From the NCBI GenBank assembly GCA_003194425.1, contig PQXB01000001.1, forward strand, positions 490,444-522,443: 32,000 bases of DNA, read 5' to 3'. The notes beneath the pieces are model-generated. The model worked only from the letters and a program-made list of their open reading frames with translations. It searched no databases and had not been told where the DNA came from. Shown here one piece after another: positions 27,312 through 32,000 of this stretch. A program made the translations under genes and the position numbers. Each line of letters begins with the position of its first letter. Position 1 is the first letter of the stretch. The stretch comes from Candidatus Methanophagaceae archaeon (GTDB lineage: Archaea > Halobacteriota > Syntropharchaeia > Alkanophagales > Methanospirareceae).

Positions 27312-28790
27312 ATGAAAAGCGAGGACAGGAGCGGGGAAGTGAAAATCGGGTTGGAATGCCACGCGCAACTTCTTACGAGGTCGAAGTTGTTCTGCCCCTG
27401 CTCTACGGACTACCAGAATTCAGAGCCGAACACGCACGTCTGTCCGACCTGCTTGGGCTTGCCGGGGGCTCTGCCGGTAGTGAACGAGCAGGCGATAAAA
27501 TACGGCGTGAAAGTGGCACTCGCGCTGGGCTGTGAGGTGCAGCCAGTGACAACTTTCTACCGCAAAAACTACTTCTACCCCGACCTCCCGCGGGGGTTTC
27601 AAATCACGCAGTACGACTTCCCGATTGCGTTGAACGGGCTTGTGAAAATAGAGAACAAGAAGGTGAGGATAAGGCGAGTGCACCTGGAGGAAGACCCCGG
27701 CAGGCTGGTCTACAAGGGCACGATCGAGACCGCGAAATATTCACTCGTTGACTACAACAGGTCGGGAATTCCGCTCGTGGAAATCGTTACCGAGCCGGAC
27801 TTGAGGTCGCCGAAGGAGGCACGGGTGTTTTTGGGCAAGCTGCGGAGCGTGTTGGGATATTTGGGCGTCTTTGACAGCGACTTGGAGGGGGCGTTGCGGG
27901 TCGACGCGAATGTCTCAGTGGCAGGCGGCGAACGGGCGGAGGTGAAAAATATTTCGTCCTACAAAGGCGTGGAACGGGCGTTGTCGTTTGAAATAACGCG
28001 GCAGAGGAACTTGCTGCGACGGGGACTCGGGGTGGTGCAGGAGACGAGGCACTACGACGAGGCGCGGGGAATTACAGTTTCAATGCGGACGAAGGAGTTC
28101 GAGCACGACTACCGCTACTTCCCTGAGCCTGACCTCGTGCCGATTCGGATTTCAGGGCTGGTGGCGGGGTTAAGGGCGGAGATTCCTGAACTTCCAGACG
28201 AGAAGAAAAAGCGGTTCGTCTCGCAGTACTCGGTAACGCAGGAGCACGCGAACTCGCTGACCTTCGACAAGAGTGTAGCAGATTTTTACGAGGAGGTGGT
28301 GTCAAAAATGCCAAAGACGGAGGCGGTGGCGGGCTCAAGTGCTGCGGTGGCGGGCTCAAGTGCTGCGTGGGTGGCTACTTGGGTGGCGGATGTTTTGAAA
28401 GGCGAACTGAATTATCGTGGAATTTCGATGCGCGAGGCGTCAAAACTGATTTCGGCTGGCGATTTCGTCACGGTCTTGAAGCTTTTGAAAGAGGGCGTTG
28501 TTACAGAGCGCGGTGCGACTGAGATTTTGAGAGAAATGCTCGACCGCGGAGGGAAGCCGAAAGAAATCGTGAAAAAGAAGGGGTTGGCGAGTTTGGGCTC
28601 TGCAGAGACCGAGAAGGCGGTCTTTGAAGTGCTGGGAGAGGAGCAGAACGCAGGTGCGGTTGCGGACTACAAACTCGGCAAAAAAGAGGCTTTGAACTTC
28701 TTGGTTGGGCAGGTGCTGAAGAAGACGAGGGGGCGGGCGGAGCCGAAGAAAATCAACGAACTGCTGAAACTGGAACTCCAAAAAAAGTGA
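27312..28790 (+). CDS. gatB: Asp/Glu-tRNA amidotransferase subunit B
   Basis: KIGLECHAQL.T.SKLFC.C, NTHVCP.CLGLPGALPV.N, FYPDLP.G.QITQ, LEEDPG, VDANVS and a C-terminal YqeY-like tail. Contains a VAGSSAA duplication. Confidence 0.9.
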   Translation: MKSEDRSGEVKIGLECHAQLLTRSKLFCPCSTDYQNSEPNTHVCPTCLGLPGALPVVNEQAIKYGVKVALALGCEVQPVTTFYRKNYFYPDLPRGFQITQYDFPIALNGLVKIENKKVRIRRVHLEEDPGRLVYKGTIETAKYSLVDYNRSGIPLVEIVTEPDLRSPKEARVFLGKLRSVLGYLGVFDSDLEGALRVDANVSVAGGERAEVKNISSYKGVERALSFEITRQRNLLRRGLGVVQETRHYDEARGITVSMRTKEFEHDYRYFPEPDLVPIRISGLVAGLRAEIPELPDEKKKRFVSQYSVTQEHANSLTFDKSVADFYEEVVSKMPKTEAVAGSSAAVAGSSAAWVATWVADVLKGELNYRGISMREASKLISAGDFVTVLKLLKEGVVTERGATEILREMLDRGGKPKEIVKKKGLASLGSAETEKAVFEVLGEEQNAGAVADYKLGKKEALNFLVGQVLKKTRGRAEPKKINELLKLELQKK

Positions 28791-28791
28791 A

Positions 28792-29550
28792 ATGAGAGAG
28801 CGGTTCAGGCTAAAAGAGACCTCCGCGTGGATTACCGCAGACGAGTGGAAATACATTGAAATCGCAAAAGAAGAACTGACGAAACGCCGAACTGAGTTGG
28901 AGCGCTTCGTTCGCTGCCACCCTTTCTTCCTCGTAACGCTCGAACCTTACCTGCCCAAACCTTACCCAACCGCTTACCATACCGAAGAGCCAGAGACGGT
29001 GCGGAGAATGCTCGAGTCGGCAGGAAAATTCGGCGTAGGTCCGATGTCCGCGGTTGCAGGAACTTTAGCAGAGCTCGCGGTAGAGGCGATGCGAGACGCT
29101 GGGGCGAGGCACGCAATCGTGGACAACGGTGGCGACGTCGCGCTGCTAAGCGACCGAGAAGTGCTGGTTGGAATTTACGCCGGCAGCGAAAGCCCGTTCT
29201 CTAACCGAATCGCTCTTAAAATACGCCCCTCTTCCCCTTCCTCCTCTCGCCCTTCGTTAGTCGGCGTCTGCACCTCCTCGGGAACGGTGGGGCACTCAAT
29301 AAGTTTCGGGAACGCGGACGCCGCCACGGTGGTAAGCGGGAGTGCCTCGCTCTCCGACGCCGCAGCCACTACACTCTGCAACTCCGTGACTGACGCCAGT
29401 TCCGTCCCGCAAGCCTTCCGCACAGTCAGCCAAGTGGCAGGCGTCAAAGGAGCGGTCGTAATTTGCAAGGACACGCTCGCGAGCTGGGGCGAGGTGGAAC
29501 TCGTCCGTCTAAAGGCTCTAAACGCCCCTCAAAATTGCCAACACGAGTAA
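28792..29550 (+). CDS. UPF0280 / ApbE-like family protein (COG2122-like)
   Basis: GVGPMSAVAGTLAELAVEAM...GA...IVDNGGDVAL and SSGT.GHS.SFG.ADA..V match the pattern I recall for archaeal UPF0280 proteins. It starts 1 nt after the gatB stop. Confidence 0.6.
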   Translation: MRERFRLKETSAWITADEWKYIEIAKEELTKRRTELERFVRCHPFFLVTLEPYLPKPYPTAYHTEEPETVRRMLESAGKFGVGPMSAVAGTLAELAVEAMRDAGARHAIVDNGGDVALLSDREVLVGIYAGSESPFSNRIALKIRPSSPSSSRPSLVGVCTSSGTVGHSISFGNADAATVVSGSASLSDAAATTLCNSVTDASSVPQAFRTVSQVAGVKGAVVICKDTLASWGEVELVRLKALNAPQNCQHE

Positions 29551-30426
29551 GGTCGCAGTCCTTGCGAGCTCGTTGGAAGCGCCCAGCACATCCCCGCTTA
29601 CTACGCCAAAATTCCTCCTCGCAAGACGCGAGACGAAAAAAGCAACCACGACGCCCACAAAAACAACCACCCCAAAAGAAGTGCCAAAAAATAAACTGAC
29701 GAGCACCGCGGAAACAAGTGCAAACGCGAACTTTGGTGCGGTCTGCGATTTTATGAACAACGCCCCCAGCCCCTTGACCTCAAGCCCCTCGTTAGAACCT
29801 GCAGAGGCTGTAGCGTCCGCTCTTCTGCCGAGAAAAAGGCAAGTGTTCACGCTCACCTTCGCCGAGACCTCCGCCACCACGAAAACCCCAACGAACTCGT
29901 AAAAGTGCGTGAAACCTGCTGTGAAACCTGCTGTGAAACCTGCTGTGAAGTCCGCACCTGAACACACAGTCTTAACAGCAAACAGGTTCAAGAGCAGGAC
30001 AAAAACAACCGCGAACAAGCCTGCCACGCCCAACTTCTCGTCCTTCATCGCCCGCCGCTTCTCACTCCGCCCTCCTCCCGCCATCAGACCGTCGAAAAAG
30101 TCTGCCAAACCGTCCAAGTGCAGCAGACCTGTAAGAGAGTAGAGAGCGAGCAGAACGAGCAGAGCCGCAAGCTCTGACCCTGCTTCCGACCCTGCCTCTG
30201 ACCCCAAAACACCAAACCGCCAAACCGCTAAACCACCAAATCGCAAAACCGCTAAACCACCAAACGCCACCGCGCCAACAACCAACCCAATAAACGACGC
30301 AGCGAGCGGGAAGAGGTAACTCTTGGCTGCTACCGTCTCTATTTTCGCTCCTCTTTTTACCGGCAGCCGCGTCAAGAAACTGACTACATCAAACATCGCC
30401 CAGTCAAAATAACCTCCGCTCCCCAC
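29518..30426 (-). CDS. cobS: Adenosylcobinamide-GDP ribazoletransferase (cobalamin synthase)
   Basis: FLTRLPV, LHLDGLADFFDG, R...AMKD...G..G and GDVLGA match the family in a polytopic membrane protein. Three separate in-frame tandem duplications are present. The 3' end overlaps the convergent UPF0280 gene by 33 nt. Confidence 0.85.
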   Translation of the reverse strand: MGSGGYFDWAMFDVVSFLTRLPVKRGAKIETVAAKSYLFPLAASFIGLVVGAVAFGGLAVLRFGGLAVWRFGVLGSEAGSEAGSELAALLVLLALYSLTGLLHLDGLADFFDGLMAGGGRSEKRRAMKDEKLGVAGLFAVVFVLLLNLFAVKTVCSGADFTAGFTAGFTAGFTHFYEFVGVFVVAEVSAKVSVNTCLFLGRRADATASAGSNEGLEVKGLGALFIKSQTAPKFAFALVSAVLVSLFFGTSFGVVVFVGVVVAFFVSRLARRNFGVVSGDVLGASNELARTATLLVLAILRGV

Positions 30427-30429
30427 TCT

Positions 30430-30612
30430 TCAGAGAGCTGCGTCGCACCCAAGTAAGCGTCCACCGCTGCATTTTATCGGCGGGCCAGCGTGCCCGAAGT
30501 TGAGGAAGATGCCCGAGGAGCACATCGGACCGAAAGTCCCCGTAGTTACAACACTGCCGTCCCCGATTCTTTCGTTTATCTCGCCGACTGTTTTGGTTTT
30601 TCCCCTCTTCAT
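30430..30612 (-). pseudogene. Probable decayed fragment of a DUF39/COG1900 (homocysteine-biosynthesis type) gene
   Basis: The 60-aa ORF reads [41 protein letters not shown]. As I recall the family (N-terminus ..EINEKI..GEAVVVTAEE...[26 protein letters not shown]), these are two N-terminal segments of a roughly 390-aa protein. They are joined by a deletion of about 30 aa, and the ORF then stops. Confidence 0.4.
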
Positions 30613-30694
30613 TTCTCTCTCTCTTTATTTTGGAAAGGTTAATGAGAAATTAATAAATATTGTTGCGGGAATTTAAAACGGAGAAGAAAGTCTT

Positions 30695-31549
30695 ATGGCT
30701 AAACGCTGTTTTGTGATAATGCCGTTCTCGGCAACGACGCCGGAGCACACCGCGGCGTACTGGGACAAGTTCTTCTTGAGGTTCGTGAAGCCGTTGGTTG
30801 AGGGGCTTGGCTACGGCTGCAGTCGGTCCAAGGCAGAGCCGTCAAACATTATAAAGGACATTCTCAAGGAACTCTGCGACGCGGATTTGGTCTTGGCGGT
30901 TCTGACGGACTACAACGCGAATGTCTGGTACGAGTTGGGAATCAGGCACGCTTTGCGGAGAGGCACGATTATGATGATCGAGGAGGGGCAGGAACTGCCC
31001 TTCGACATTAGCCTCTACGGCGTTATCAAGTACGAGAACACGATTGTGGGTGCGGCTGACTTTAAGGAGGAGTTACGAAGTTTTGTTAGGAGAATTGAGG
31101 TTGAGAAACCTGCAGACAGTGCTGTAAGCGAGTTCTTGGGAGTTCCGAGTTACAAGGAACACGAATATCCTCCCTCAATACCAAAACCGCCTGACAAGAA
31201 GCCGAAACTAGATCTAAAATTCAAAAAAATAAAAGAAATAGTAAGTGGCGGTGAAAGGTGGTACATTGTTAAAATCTTTATTGAAGGAGAGAAAGAGGCT
31301 TTAGATAAAATTAAAGAGGTGGAATATAAACTTCATCCAACCTTTAAAAGACAATTTATCAAATCTAACGACCGAAAATCGTGTTTTTCAAGAACGATTA
31401 GAATTTGGGGGTCCTTTACAGTTAGAGCAAAAGTTCTTATTCAAGGAGATCAAAGAGATGAAACAATTGAGTTGGCTCGACTTATAAGTTTTAAAAATGA
31501 AAAAGGAAAGAGATCAAACGCCGCTTTGAGACACCGCCGCCCATCTTGA
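30695..31549 (+). CDS. Fusion protein: N-terminal TIR-like / nucleoside 2-deoxyribosyltransferase-like Rossmannoid domain plus C-terminal prokaryotic YEATS-like (pYEATS) domain
   Basis: N-terminus: CFVIMPFS...ADLVLAVLTDYNANVWYELGIRHALRRGTIMM...PFD, the MPF...NV.YELG pattern of NDT/TIR-like domains. C-terminus: W.IVKIFIEG...LDKIKEVEYKLHPTF......DR...F.....WGSFTVRAKV, which fits the V.Y.LHPTF...WG.F pattern I associate with pYEATS. G+C drops sharply inside the gene. Confidence 0.6.
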   Translation: MAKRCFVIMPFSATTPEHTAAYWDKFFLRFVKPLVEGLGYGCSRSKAEPSNIIKDILKELCDADLVLAVLTDYNANVWYELGIRHALRRGTIMMIEEGQELPFDISLYGVIKYENTIVGAADFKEELRSFVRRIEVEKPADSAVSEFLGVPSYKEHEYPPSIPKPPDKKPKLDLKFKKIKEIVSGGERWYIVKIFIEGEKEALDKIKEVEYKLHPTFKRQFIKSNDRKSCFSRTIRIWGSFTVRAKVLIQGDQRDETIELARLISFKNEKGKRSNAALRHRRPS

Positions 31550-31714
31550 TTTTCACCGATTCTTCGACAGTAAAGCGCGACGGTAGAAGAGTAAAGAGCG
31601 AAGGAGCCCTACTTGTCACAGCGAGCACGAGGGAGTTACTTTGGAAGATGACGGAGGTGTTGAATTTATGAAGGAAATGTTGCGGAGTTTTAGAGTTGAG
31701 TTGGAGTTGGACAA

Positions 31715-31987
31715 ATGAACAAACGTCGTGTGCTTGAAGAGTTAAAAAGGAGACCGAAGAATGCTCGGTTTGAGAAATTATGCGCGATTGCAGAGGCATT
31801 TGGTTTTAAATTTAGAGGAGGGAAGGGCAGTCATCGAATTTATGTGCGCGAAGGAGTGGAAGAGATATTGAATTTTCAAAATGTAGGAGGTAAGGCAAAA
31901 CATTATCAAGTAAGACAGTTTATAAAAATAATCGAGAAATATGGCTTGTTAGCGGGGGAGAAGGAAGAGGATGAGAAAAATGACTAA
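31715..31987 (+). CDS. hicA: HicA-family (YcfA-like) toxin
   Basis: 90 aa. F.KLCAIAEAFGF.FRGGKGSHRIY, then a basic K.YQVRQ..K.IEKYGL segment, is typical of HicA mRNA interferases. Confidence 0.65.
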   Translation: MNKRRVLEELKRRPKNARFEKLCAIAEAFGFKFRGGKGSHRIYVREGVEEILNFQNVGGKAKHYQVRQFIKIIEKYGLLAGEKEEDEKND

Positions 31988-32000
31988 ATATACGATAGAA
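31971..32000 (+). CDS. Start of the probable cognate HicB-like antitoxin (truncated by the window end)
   Basis: An ATG at 31971 overlaps the hicA 3' end by 17 nt and reads MRKMTKYTIE. The call rests only on position and TA gene-pair logic, with 10 codons visible. Confidence 0.3.
   Translation, partial: MRKMTKYTIE

Noticed and set aside
23014-28790. Presence of both gatE and gatB as a possible redundancy or anomaly.
   Set aside because: Many archaea use GatDE for Gln-tRNA and GatCAB for Asn-tRNA. Having both B-type paralogues is ordinary, and gatD/gatA/gatC are simply outside this window.
31491-31799. A 102-aa minus-strand ORF spanning the gap between the pYEATS-like gene and hicA.
   Set aside because: It overlaps the ends of two better-supported plus-strand genes and has no motifs or ribosome-binding site. 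It is probably spurious. The short plus-strand ORF MKEMLRSFRVELELDK (31668-31718), which overlaps the hicA ATG, is too short to support.

Overview
This window is an archaeal chromosomal segment of about 36 genes plus 2 RNA genes. It is best explained as an ANME-1 (Methanophagales)-type methane-metabolising archaeon. No database search was possible, so all homology calls rest on family motifs I recognise in the supplied translations.

The main landmark is a compact mcrBGA operon on the minus strand (3337-7247) with no mcrC or mcrD. Its McrA carries a Val in place of the canonical methyl-Gln and has a Cys-rich patch, both reported for ANME-1 MCR.

The rest of the window is mostly housekeeping:
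- Aromatic amino-acid genes: aroD, aroC, trpF, trpB.
- Translation and tRNA-related genes: dph5, gatE, gatB, eS19 with a PDCD5-like neighbour, and tRNA-Glu(CUC).
- Other conserved genes: dCMP deaminase, an MCR component A2-like double ABC ATPase, a long AglB/STT3, cobS, a citG-like gene, and a MinD/4Fe-4S ATPase paired with a CBS protein.
- SRP (7S) RNA.
- A secreted CARDB-domain protein.

Four things deserve a second look:
1. The right-hand end (about 30.4-32 kb) looks accessory. It holds a decayed DUF39 fragment, then a fusion of a TIR/nucleoside-deoxyribosyltransferase-like domain to a prokaryotic-YEATS-like domain with a sharp internal GC drop, then hicA and the start of hicB.
2. Short tandem duplications are unusually dense across the window. 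Units are multiples of 3 bp inside conserved genes, where they create peptide insertions, and of arbitrary length between genes.
3. Direct-repeat arrays upstream of mcrBGA share an AGAAATCTAAA core, in the same gene-relative orientation, with repeats upstream of the A2-like gene.
4. The secreted protein contains a duplicated Cys-pair module that I do not recognise.
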